DNA of 48,429 nt from an uncultured Bdellovibrionales bacterium (GCA_964411885.1 CAYPMK010000006.1:1-48429), one strand, 5' to 3'. Shown: positions 26,574 through 35,447, counted from the stretch's first letter. The notes: generated by a model not told the origin, from the letters alone. Made by a program: numbers and translations.

Positions 26574-28406
26574 TTATGCCATTTTAATTAGCCAATAAGC
26601 TAAAATTACCGTTCCAAGCAATGACCACAATATATACAGAGAATAATTACCTGTGTGAGCTTTTCTTATGCCTGAGCTGATCGTATTGGCTGTTTTTACT
26701 GCTAGAACATTATATATCCAGTCATTAGCTCTATCTATTCCAAAAGCCAGTTTAGATACAAAGTTTACTGCAGCAACTCCATATTCATATGGATCGAACA
26801 TTTTTCTTTCTGCTTTGTCATATATTGCGCCAAGAACTGGAGCGTGATGTATATGATCTACAGCGCCTATACCAGAACCAGTTTTCTTAACTCCATACTT
26901 ATGATTAATAAAAGCAGCAGCAAGTACAAATATAGTACCACCAACCAACCACATATTACTTGGCATTCCATATAGATGATACATGGAAAGATCAACAGAA
27001 GGGCCAAAAACCGTAGTTATCATGTTAACAGGTACTGAATTATAAAGACCAAAGAATATACATAATCCAGCTATAACTATCATCGGTATAGACATCGAAT
27101 ATGACACTTCTTTAACCGAAGAATATTTAACATCTGTTTTACCAAAGAAAGCTGCGTGTCCAAGTTTCAAAAATGATGCCGCTGTAAAGAAAGAGCCAAG
27201 TGCTGCAGCAAGGTAGAATATCCATCCACTTTCTAGTGCAGCATCGTAAACCAATTCTTTAGAAAAGAAACCATTAAAAGGTGGAACACCAGATATGGAA
27301 AGAGCACATACAATAAAACAGATACAAGTAATTGGCATTTTTCTTCCTATACCACCTAATTGTTTTAGGTCTGTAGTACCTGTTTGTTTTTCTATAGCAC
27401 CACCAGCCAAGAAAAGCCCATCTTTATAAAGAGCATTGTTTATCATATGGAACAATCCACCGACTATACCAACGGGAACAGCTGTACCTATTCCTAGCAC
27501 CATATATCCAACCTGGCTGATTGCATGATAAGATAATAATTTTTTGAAATCCTTTTGTATGAGCGCCATCATGACGGCAAACAAAATAGTTACAGCACCT
27601 ATTATCATCATCATTACACTAAGCCATGAGCCGTGTTCTAATTTAAATAGATCAAGAGATATCCTTGCAAGAAAATATATACCTAGAAGTTTTTCTAATG
27701 AACCGGGCACAAAAGCCATAAAAGGAAGAGGTGCGTCTTTTGCTGCATCTGGTATCCATGTATGAAATGGCATCGCTCCAGCTTTTGCTATTGCTCCTAT
27801 CATCAGAAGAACAAATGCTAACGCACCAAGCCCTTCTGTTGGCAATGCTATCTTTGACATTGTAAAAGTTCCAGCGATATAACCAGTAATAGCTATACCA
27901 CCCATAAGACAAAGATCTGCAAACCCATTAATGATAAAAGCTTTAACTGCTGTCTTTATTGAATCTTTACCGCCGATGACGATAAAACCGAATAAAGTCA
28001 GTAATAGCCCTTCCCAAAAGAATAACAACTGGATCAAATTGTCTGACATAATAACGCCGTTAACTTGAGCTATTGTTATTAAAAGATATGCAAAGAACTG
28101 CTTGCTACCACTTTTATCTTTCATAAAAGATGTTGAATACAAACTTATCAAGAACGCAAATAACGCTACAGAAACCAAAATAAAACTAGCAAACTTATAC
28201 ATTCTTAGTGAAAATTCAAGACCCCAACCACCACCCCACAACATGCTAAAACTGGTTTCCTGACCAAAAAGTTTTATCATTAGATATAAGTTAAATGCGG
28301 CCAGAATGGTCGAGAATATACCTGTATAATAACCTTTCTTTGGTATTAGAAAACTTATTAAACCAGCTATTGCCGGTACAACTATGGATAAAAGTAAGAT
28401 GTTCAT
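26574..28406 (-). CDS. Antiporter-like subunit (NuoL/MrpA-like) with a C-terminal extension
   Basis: HTWIPDA, SYHAISQVGYM and FHMINNALYK motifs. About 610 aa, with an extra C-terminal amphipathic segment plus a terminal TM helix, as in NuoL. Confidence 0.85.
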   Translation of the reverse strand: MNILLLSIVVPAIAGLISFLIPKKGYYTGIFSTILAAFNLYLMIKLFGQETSFSMLWGGGWGLEFSLRMYKFASFILVSVALFAFLISLYSTSFMKDKSGSKQFFAYLLITIAQVNGVIMSDNLIQLLFFWEGLLLTLFGFIVIGGKDSIKTAVKAFIINGFADLCLMGGIAITGYIAGTFTMSKIALPTEGLGALAFVLLMIGAIAKAGAMPFHTWIPDAAKDAPLPFMAFVPGSLEKLLGIYFLARISLDLFKLEHGSWLSVMMMIIGAVTILFAVMMALIQKDFKKLLSYHAISQVGYMVLGIGTAVPVGIVGGLFHMINNALYKDGLFLAGGAIEKQTGTTDLKQLGGIGRKMPITCICFIVCALSISGVPPFNGFFSKELVYDAALESGWIFYLAAALGSFFTAASFLKLGHAAFFGKTDVKYSSVKEVSYSMSIPMIVIAGLCIFFGLYNSVPVNMITTVFGPSVDLSMYHLYGMPSNMWLVGGTIFVLAAAFINHKYGVKKTGSGIGAVDHIHHAPVLGAIYDKAERKMFDPYEYGVAAVNFVSKLAFGIDRANDWIYNVLAVKTANTISSGIRKAHTGNYSLYILWSLLGTVILAYWLIKMA

Positions 28407-29839
28407 CTTATAACTCCCATCATCTGCTGAACTGCAGAATTAACAAGATCAGCAGGGTAATTTATGAATATGCCTCCCAACAAAGAAAGAACAGCTAGTA
28501 TAGCAATACTGTAAAGCATCACTGGAGTGCCTTCTTTGTCTGCATGCTCGAAATTAGGTGTTCCCATAAACACAGCAACGAATAATCTAAATAAATATAT
28601 TATCGTAAAAACAGCACCTATAAGAAAAGTAAATGTTATCCAAAGTTGTCCACTATTAACAGCACCGTTAATTACAAGATATTTTGAAAAGAAACCACCA
28701 AGAGGAGGTATCCCCATTACAGAAAAAGCACATAAAATAAAAGAAACAGCTGTAACTGGCATCTTGTGTATAAGGCCACCCATCTTTCTTATATCTTTTG
28801 TATGTGTTGAATGTTCTATAACACCAGCACAAAGAAAAAGACCTGCTTTTGAAAGTCCATGCATTAAGATATAAAGAAGACCACCAGCAACACCAACTTC
28901 GTTACCAATAGAAAGTCCAAGGAATATAAAACCTATTTGACTTATCGTAGAATAAGCAATTATTCTCTTTATATCGTTATCTATCATCGCAGCACCAGCA
29001 GAAACTAATGCGCTTACACCAGCTATTACTGGAACAATAGTATGCCAAATTGGATCTACTTCAAATGTAGCCACAAAAAGTCTTGCAAATACATAAACGC
29101 CTATCTTAACAAGAACAGCAGCATGAAGAAGAGCTGTAACAGGTGAAGGAGCTACACCAGCATCTGGTAACCATGTATGAAACGGTAGTGTCGCAGATTT
29201 TGATAATATACCAAATAATATAAGAAGTACCGCTGTATTAGATATCTTAGCATGACTTAAAACACCAAGGTCAAAAGAACCAGTTGTTCCGTAAATATCC
29301 AAGAAGCCGATCAGCATCACTAGAGCACCAAACACTGTAATAAGAAAAGCCTTGTCTGCTCTAATAACATATTCTTTCTCTCTAAAAAATCCTATCAGCC
29401 TCCAACATGCAATAGCTGTTATTTCCCAGAAAAGATACAAAGAGATCAGATTCCTTGAGTATACTATTCCCATCATAGAGCCAAGGAACAGAACAACCAT
29501 AAAATAATATTCGTTCCTGTGTTTGAATTCTTTTATGTAACCAAAAGAATATAAAACTATGATAGAGCCAACTAAAGAAGAAACAATTGCCATAAAAACA
29601 GCAAGTGTATCTGCATGAAAAAAGTCCATTAATAATGATTGGCTGTGTAAAGTGGTAACACCCGCAGAACTCCCTGCTGCTGGAAGCAACAAGAAAGAAC
29701 AAACAAGTGATACAAGCACAAACATTAATGAGAATAGATTCCTTGCTGATTCTGAGATCTTAGAGATCAATGGAAGAAAGAATGATCCAAGAACCGGCAC
29801 AAAGACTGCAATTAGGATTAAAGATTCGTTAGACATCAC
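28403..29839 (-). CDS. Antiporter-like subunit (NuoN/MrpD-like), first gene of the hydrogenase operon
   Basis: HTWLPDA, AYSTISQIGF and LYILMHGLSKA motifs. GGGAG RBS 7 nt upstream of the ATG. Confidence 0.85.
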   Translation of the reverse strand: MMSNESLILIAVFVPVLGSFFLPLISKISESARNLFSLMFVLVSLVCSFLLLPAAGSSAGVTTLHSQSLLMDFFHADTLAVFMAIVSSLVGSIIVLYSFGYIKEFKHRNEYYFMVVLFLGSMMGIVYSRNLISLYLFWEITAIACWRLIGFFREKEYVIRADKAFLITVFGALVMLIGFLDIYGTTGSFDLGVLSHAKISNTAVLLILFGILSKSATLPFHTWLPDAGVAPSPVTALLHAAVLVKIGVYVFARLFVATFEVDPIWHTIVPVIAGVSALVSAGAAMIDNDIKRIIAYSTISQIGFIFLGLSIGNEVGVAGGLLYILMHGLSKAGLFLCAGVIEHSTHTKDIRKMGGLIHKMPVTAVSFILCAFSVMGIPPLGGFFSKYLVINGAVNSGQLWITFTFLIGAVFTIIYLFRLFVAVFMGTPNFEHADKEGTPVMLYSIAILAVLSLLGGIFINYPADLVNSAVQQMMGVIR

Positions 29840-29947
29840 AAAACTCCCGATCGTTTTTATATTTTAAGACACGCATACAGTTACAATGAAGTTACAAATT
29901 TTACAAATATAAAATCCAGTTTTTGTTGCAAAGCTGAACATAAAGAA

Positions 29948-29981
29948 CAGTCGGGAATATAAGTACTTACACTCCCGACTG
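29948..29981. promoter_or_regulatory. 34-bp near-perfect palindrome / long hairpin upstream of the hydrogenase operon
   Basis: CAGTCGGGAATATAAGT|ACTTACACTCCCGACTG. The two arm mismatches become G-U pairs in a minus-strand transcript. Confidence 0.3.
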
Positions 29982-30023
29982 CATATATATTCCAAAGAGG
30001 CGATAATTGTGGCCCCTCTGGTA

Positions 30024-30067
30024 AGAAAACAAATAAAAAGTGGGAGTAAGTTTAATACTCCCACTTT
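30024..30067 (-). terminator. Rho-independent terminator of the ferredoxin gene
   Basis: 11-bp stem AAGTGGGAGTA / TACTCCCACTT (30038-30048 / 30056-30066) with a 7-nt loop. On the minus strand it is followed by TTTTATTTGTTTTC. Confidence 0.7.
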
Positions 30068-30085
30068 AATATTAACTATAACAAA

Positions 30086-30262
30086 TCAATTACCAGCTGA
30101 AATGGCTTCTACTGGGCAAACCCCAATACAATTGCCACAATCTATACATTTTCCTGCATCTATAACAAAAACACTGCCATCTTGCGCTATTGCAGAAACT
30201 GGGCATTCTGGTTGACATGCACCACAACCAACACATTTTTGTTTATCTATTGAATGAGACAT
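30086..30262 (-). CDS. 2x[4Fe-4S] ferredoxin (58 aa)
   Basis: Start moved to MSHSIDK (ATG at 30262), 7 nt after AAAGGAGGT. CVGCGACQPECP and CIDCGNCIGVCP motifs. Confidence 0.85.
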   Translation of the reverse strand: MSHSIDKQKCVGCGACQPECPVSAIAQDGSVFVIDAGKCIDCGNCIGVCPVEAISAGN

Positions 30263-30376
30263 ATTGATGACCTCCTTTGATATTTTATAATAAATGTAAA
30301 TCATATTATCATTTTAGGGTCAAATGAAATAAGCACAGCCAATAAATTGGCTAATATTGATGATGACTTTATCGGC

Positions 30377-30405
30377 TTGTAAAAAACTTCAACTAATTAT
30401 AATAT
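30377..30405 (+). promoter_or_regulatory. Sigma70-like promoter (TTGTAA-N17-TAATAT) ending 6 nt before the ATG at 30412
   Basis: Hexamers at 30377-30382 and 30400-30405. There is no Shine-Dalgarno before the ATG. Confidence 0.4.
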
Positions 30406-30411
30406 GGCTTC

Positions 30412-30696
30412 ATGATACTAAAACACGGAAATGGAAAAATTACTTTCGTATTTGATCAAGAGTCATCATATTCTGTGTTCCTAACTGGTGATTTTAACAG
30501 CTGGAGCACCCAAATAGACCCAATGGAACTCATAGAGGGAAAGTGGCAAAAAACGATAAAATTAAAACCCGGCGCATATCAATTTAAATATTTCACAATG
30601 GAAGATGACGGTATGCACTGGTTTAATGATTGGCGTGCTGATGCTTATGTAAAAAGCCCTTATGGCGGCGAAAACTCTGTAGTAATAATAGACTAA
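30412..30696 (+). CDS. Stand-alone CBM48 / early-set (glycogen-binding, isoamylase N-terminal-like) domain protein
   Basis: VFLTGDFNSWS...M....GKW..T..L.PG.YQFKY pattern typical of CBM48/AMPK-beta-type domains. 94 aa. Confidence 0.65.
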   Translation: MILKHGNGKITFVFDQESSYSVFLTGDFNSWSTQIDPMELIEGKWQKTIKLKPGAYQFKYFTMEDDGMHWFNDWRADAYVKSPYGGENSVVIID

Positions 30697-32330
30697 ACAA
30701 GAATAACTTGCACAATAACGGCTGGCTTGTCCTGATAGATCTTTCTAAACTCCCTTTTAGTTAGGTTTTCTATCTCCATCAAAGACTTAGATTTGTCTTT
30801 TCTTATCTCTTTATCTTTTAAGGCCTCTTTAATTTTTTTCTTAATCCCACTCAGCAAATCTTGCAGTTTTTTATTAACAACAGAACCCAATGTGCTTATC
30901 TCTACATCAATTATCACTTCTTTTTTCTTGTCCATTAATACAGTGACACTAACAACCCCGTGTAAAGCAGCGAGCATTCTAGATTTAATTATTTTCTTAT
31001 CAACAAGTTCGTTGCTATCAGAATCAAGGTATAATTTTTTAACATCTATTAATTCACCTTTAAAAGGATGGCCTCCTTTAAAAGATATTTTTTCTCCACT
31101 ATTAAGGATAAAACACCTGTCCGGAGAAACACCATTTTTTATAGCCAATTCTACGTGGCTTTTTAGGTGTAAATATTCACCATGTAATGGGATAAAGAAT
31201 TTTGGTTTAACTAAATCTATAAAATGAGACAGTTCTCTACTATTTGCATGACCAGAACTATGAACATCTTTTATGTCTGGATAAACTATTATGGCACCCA
31301 GCTCACTTAATCTGTTTATTGCATCCATTATTGTCTTCTCGTTACCGGGTATCTTGCTTGAAGAGAAAATAACCATATCTTTTTCTGATATCTTTATTTG
31401 AGGATGATAACCATACGACAACCTTACTATAGCAGAGTTCCTTTCTGCCTGACTACCAGTTAAAAGAAAAACACAATTCTTGCTCTTGTATTTTTTGATC
31501 TCTGTCTCTGGTCTTATACAACCACCATCATCTTCTATATATCCAAGTTTTCGACCAATATTCATGTGTAACTTAAGATTATTACCGCTTATGAAAAGTC
31601 TCTTGTTATGTTTTTTTGATAATTTTATAACCTGATTTATTCGCTCTATGTTAGAAGAGAAAAGAGTAACTATAATTTTTTCTTCTGCACGTTCAAAACA
31701 TTGATTTAGATTATCAAACACCATATTGTCTGGAATTGATTCTGTATCATCATAAGCATTAGTGCTATCACTTAAAAGAATATCTACACCATATTTGTTC
31801 TTTATAGTGTTCACCTTATCAAGAAAATCAGCTGTCTCTTTATTCCCTAATTTAAAATCAGAAGCATAAAGAATATTTAAATCTTTTGTTCTTATAAACA
31901 ATGCTCCAGAATCAGGAATGCTATGGTCCACTTTTAAATACTCAACTGTAAAAGGGCCCTCGCTAATAGGCTCACCAAACTTTATAGTTCTTAGGTTTTT
32001 TTTAGGGTTAATACCTGTAGAAATTTTACATTTAGCTGTTATTAACTCTTTGGCATATGGTGCAACATATATAACTGGAGAAATGCTTTTAAGTAGATAC
32101 GGTATCCCTCCAATATGATCTTCGTGACCGTGAGTAACGAATAAAAAATTAATATCGCCTATTTTGCTAACCAGATCATCATAGTCGGGCATAATAGACT
32201 CTATCCCAAAATATTGTGAGCTAGGAAATATAACGCCTGCATCTATACAAATATTAAAACCATTACACCTAAGGATGAACATGTTCATCCCTATTTCTTT
32301 AACTCCACCTATTGGTATTATGTCTAACAT
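30693..32330 (-). CDS. rnj: Ribonuclease J
   Basis: Metallo-beta-lactamase motif HGHEDHIGG, beta-CASP region, HSSGHA, and about 545 aa with an RNase J-type C-terminal domain. Confidence 0.9.
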   Translation of the reverse strand: MLDIIPIGGVKEIGMNMFILRCNGFNICIDAGVIFPSSQYFGIESIMPDYDDLVSKIGDINFLFVTHGHEDHIGGIPYLLKSISPVIYVAPYAKELITAKCKISTGINPKKNLRTIKFGEPISEGPFTVEYLKVDHSIPDSGALFIRTKDLNILYASDFKLGNKETADFLDKVNTIKNKYGVDILLSDSTNAYDDTESIPDNMVFDNLNQCFERAEEKIIVTLFSSNIERINQVIKLSKKHNKRLFISGNNLKLHMNIGRKLGYIEDDGGCIRPETEIKKYKSKNCVFLLTGSQAERNSAIVRLSYGYHPQIKISEKDMVIFSSSKIPGNEKTIMDAINRLSELGAIIVYPDIKDVHSSGHANSRELSHFIDLVKPKFFIPLHGEYLHLKSHVELAIKNGVSPDRCFILNSGEKISFKGGHPFKGELIDVKKLYLDSDSNELVDKKIIKSRMLAALHGVVSVTVLMDKKKEVIIDVEISTLGSVVNKKLQDLLSGIKKKIKEALKDKEIRKDKSKSLMEIENLTKREFRKIYQDKPAVIVQVILV

Positions 32331-32340
32331 TCTGCTACAC

Positions 32341-33519
32341 CTAGAACTTGTTGGTTAACCCAACTAAAAAGACCATCTTGCTATAACTTGCAGAAGGATC
32401 TGGACCAGTATAATACCCAAAAGAGTTATACGCATCAGAGTTAACCCATTCTGCCATGAACTTTGTAGTAAAAGAAATATTTTCTTTCAATTGTTTAACA
32501 ACAAAAAGAGGAATGGATAATTCTGTTATAAAGCCAAGTCTGTGATCAACTCTTCTAGGCGAGGCTCTATAATATCTATATATATATTGGAACTCAGAGA
32601 GACTAGCCATGCTGTCATAAATTATAGATTTAAACTCCATTGATACTTTTTCATCTACATAAAAATTAGAATAAACTGAATCATAAGCCATTCTCTCATA
32701 TATTGCAGACAAAGACGTCCTGTATGAAACAAGATCCGTTACCTTTATTCTAATAACTGGTTCATGAAAGTCTGTCCCATATTTATAATCTAAATATAAA
32801 AAACCAGCTTTTATATCCACGCTAACATCATTAGTGAGTCTGCCTATTACCCCTGTAAAACCTTCAAGATATACAGAGTCTGAATTACCGTAAGGGGCTA
32901 CATCATAACCTGCCGTATAATAAGAGCGTCCGCCTATTGCTCCCAATCTTAATGCAGTCTCTGGAAAGAAAGAATATCTAGTTTCTATATCGATATATGC
33001 TTTTCTATTATTGAAATTATCATAGATATCATCGTCATATTCTTTAATATCCATTGAAAGACCGCTTATAAATTCCCACGCCTTACTTTGCGTCTTATGA
33101 TCCATACCCGCACGAACAGAATACATGTTCCATTTAGCCCTAGTTTCTGTATCCATCAATACAGGGTCGCTATTGTTGTTATACTTGTTATTTAGATAAA
33201 AGACAGAGTCTTCGTCTGGTTTTAAACTTACTCCACCATTAAATTTCCAAGTGAACCAACTTTGTGAAGTGTTTTTAAAATATCTATTATAATCTATTCC
33301 GCCGCCGAGATTAAAAACAAATTCTCTTCTATCAAAAAAGATATCAACCTCTGGATCAACTCTCATTAAATAATCCAAACCAGAAGAAGATTCCATATAT
33401 AAACAATTCGTGTCAAAACCACCCAACAATGAAACAGAATCTTTCACATAGAATTTTCCATATGCGTTTAATGAAAACACAGTCAATAAAGCTATTATAA
33501 TTCTTAATAAAGACATCAT
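32341..33519 (-). CDS. Predicted outer-membrane beta-barrel protein (last gene of the TPR/ExbBD operon)
   Basis: Signal peptide (LLTVFSLNAYG), Tyr/Gly-rich alternating strands throughout, and a C-terminal ...LVGLTNKF. Confidence 0.55.
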   Translation of the reverse strand: MMSLLRIIIALLTVFSLNAYGKFYVKDSVSLLGGFDTNCLYMESSSGLDYLMRVDPEVDIFFDRREFVFNLGGGIDYNRYFKNTSQSWFTWKFNGGVSLKPDEDSVFYLNNKYNNNSDPVLMDTETRAKWNMYSVRAGMDHKTQSKAWEFISGLSMDIKEYDDDIYDNFNNRKAYIDIETRYSFFPETALRLGAIGGRSYYTAGYDVAPYGNSDSVYLEGFTGVIGRLTNDVSVDIKAGFLYLDYKYGTDFHEPVIRIKVTDLVSYRTSLSAIYERMAYDSVYSNFYVDEKVSMEFKSIIYDSMASLSEFQYIYRYYRASPRRVDHRLGFITELSIPLFVVKQLKENISFTTKFMAEWVNSDAYNSFGYYTGPDPSASYSKMVFLVGLTNKF

Positions 33520-34040
33520 CTGAATGGAGACCTCGCCGCTGGATAATCTTCTGGAACATTTATATCCATATTAATAAGTTCTTTCTTCTCAGAAACATCA
33601 TCTTGTATCATTTCGTTATTTGTACCAATCCTTCTAGCAACAGAGTTCTTAAGCAGACACTCCTCTATTTTAAGGTTTATATCTCCAAAAAGTCTATTTA
33701 CCTTTCTTATACGTTCTAATTCATTAAAAGCCTTAACACTAATTTTATAACAATCCATTTTGTCTATTTTGTCTAATATAGAAAAATAAGCATAATCTAT
33801 AGTCTTTAATGCTCCCAGCCCATCCCTTATACAAAACTCTTGTTCTTTCATGCCATTCTTAACTTTGCTATAAAGTTCATTTTCTGTCCTAGTAAGTATT
33901 ATTTTATTCTTTTTAATTATTTCTTTTTCTTTCTCTATTTTTTCACAAAACAAATCCTTTATTGTTGAATCTATATTGTCTTTTGAATGGAGAACATTAA
34001 AAGAGATTAACAAAGAAACAATAAATAAAAATCTAAACAA
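33516..34040 (-). CDS. Hypothetical secreted helical protein (4 Cys)
   Basis: Signal peptide MFRFLFIVSLLISFNVLHS. I recognise no family. 4-nt overlap with the downstream barrel gene. Confidence 0.5.
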   Translation of the reverse strand: MFRFLFIVSLLISFNVLHSKDNIDSTIKDLFCEKIEKEKEIIKKNKIILTRTENELYSKVKNGMKEQEFCIRDGLGALKTIDYAYFSILDKIDKMDCYKISVKAFNELERIRKVNRLFGDINLKIEECLLKNSVARRIGTNNEMIQDDVSEKKELINMDINVPEDYPAARSPFR

Positions 34041-34058
34041 ATCTCTTGTCCTCCTTAA

Positions 34059-35447
34059 TTAGTTTTGAGCCGTAAAATTCAAAGGATAGTTAACAACAAC
34101 TTCTCCCCCTTTTGGACTAGGAAATTTTATCCTTGTAAACACTCTTTGTACACAAGAAGTAAGTTCTTTGTCTTTAGCGGCAGTACCACTAAAAGACATG
34201 TTGTCAGTAGAAACACTACCACTTAAAAGAATCATGAACATAACTTTTAATTCCCCACTCAACCTTGGGTTACTCTTAAGAGCTTTATTATAGCAATACT
34301 GAAAAGCACTTACATGTTGAGAGAGTGTTTTTGCTATTATAGCTGGACTCATAGATCCAGCCCCACCCACATCTTCCTGTTGTATGTCACCCAATATATT
34401 AACAGCACCAGCATCTTGCCCTTCGCCAAAAGCAACAAGACCAGATCCTGTTGTTGTTTTCAATGAACCTATATCAACACCTTTCGCATCACCTGAACCT
34501 CTTTTAATCTTTGCTTCTTGTATTGTCGAACCAGCCCTAAGACCAGAAACACCTTTTAAGGCTTTATCTAATTTATCATTAAAACCACTTTCCTGAAAAA
34601 GATTAGCAACAGTACCGCCTCTCCCTTTTGAACCTATAATACCTATTATGCCAGCAGAGCGGACTATTTCTGACGAACTCCTTTTTACTTCAGCACCGCC
34701 ACCTGATCTTCCTTTAGAAGCTATCGTTACATCCTTGTTCCTAACATTTTTATCTTTTATTCCTCTGCCAGTGTTTTTATTATCTCTGCTTCTTAATTCA
34801 CTATTGGAAACAGCTCTTTTTTTGGTTATCTGTTCTTTTGTTGGAGGTTCTTTTTTCTTAAATGGTTCTGGTTTATCCATTATAAGCCTTGCAAATCTCT
34901 CTGGTATCTTTTCAAAATTAATTTCATTATTATTTTGATATTTAACGTTTGAGAATGAATACACTGCAAAAACATATGCAATGAGCAGGAATGATAATAT
35001 TGAAAAAAAACTTATATCAAAGTCACTAGTAATAATTCCTGCCCTAAATTCTCTTGGCAGTGTTTTCATTGTTCTTTCTGACGGATAGACCTTAAAAAGT
35101 ATGGTTTTATCCTCGAGGAACAAAATGCCCCTGGCTTCTTCTGATATAGGAATACTTACAATGTTGTCCTTAGATACAACTTCATTACTCTTCTTTATTT
35201 CTGATAAAGAAACAACATTGTCTTGTTGAAAGATCTTGCCATCCATCAGCTCACTAACGTTCACGACATATTTATCGTCTACATACTGAAAAAGAGGAAA
35301 TTTGTCATAAAAACCATCTGAGTCTATGACTATTGTATTGTCTAAAGACGTTCCTACATAAACTTCATTAAGATCATCAATAACAACTTCGTTTATTAAT
35401 CTTCCCGATCTTAAAAGTCCTATTTTTATATTAGGTATTCTATTCAT
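34059..35447 (-). CDS. Bitopic TonB-like protein with an AgmX/PglI-type C-terminal domain
   Basis: Cytoplasmic N-domain of about 135 aa, one TM helix (FFSILSFLLIAYVFAVYSF), a Lys/Arg-rich then Gly-rich linker, and a C-terminal tail ...YCYNKALKSNPRLSGELKVMF.I...G.V......SGT...KELTSCV.RVF.RIKFP.PKGGEVVVNYPL.F that resembles the TonB-C-like AgmX/PglI tail. Confidence 0.6.
   Translation of the reverse strand: MNRIPNIKIGLLRSGRLINEVVIDDLNEVYVGTSLDNTIVIDSDGFYDKFPLFQYVDDKYVVNVSELMDGKIFQQDNVVSLSEIKKSNEVVSKDNIVSIPISEEARGILFLEDKTILFKVYPSERTMKTLPREFRAGIITSDFDISFFSILSFLLIAYVFAVYSFSNVKYQNNNEINFEKIPERFARLIMDKPEPFKKKEPPTKEQITKKRAVSNSELRSRDNKNTGRGIKDKNVRNKDVTIASKGRSGGGAEVKRSSSEIVRSAGIIGIIGSKGRGGTVANLFQESGFNDKLDKALKGVSGLRAGSTIQEAKIKRGSGDAKGVDIGSLKTTTGSGLVAFGEGQDAGAVNILGDIQQEDVGGAGSMSPAIIAKTLSQHVSAFQYCYNKALKSNPRLSGELKVMFMILLSGSVSTDNMSFSGTAAKDKELTSCVQRVFTRIKFPSPKGGEVVVNYPLNFTAQN

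Noticed and set aside
25286-29702. Same-strand out-of-frame ORFs within the antiporter-like genes (25286-25483, 27652-27912, 29382-29702)
   Set aside because: They are nested in alternative frames of long membrane-protein genes with intact conserved motifs. Nothing suggests frameshifting or overlapping genes.
29840-29947. Sigma54 (-24/-12) promoter for the hydrogenase operon
   Set aside because: The best candidate on the coding strand (CTGGATTTTATATTTGT) has wrong GG-to-GC spacing and lacks the GC of the -12 element.
29864-30064. 66-aa minus-strand ORF in the ferredoxin/hydrogenase intergenic region
   Set aside because: It starts with GTG inside the terminator stem, has no RBS, and spans the terminator and the 34-bp palindrome. 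The sequence is better explained as regulatory or structured DNA.
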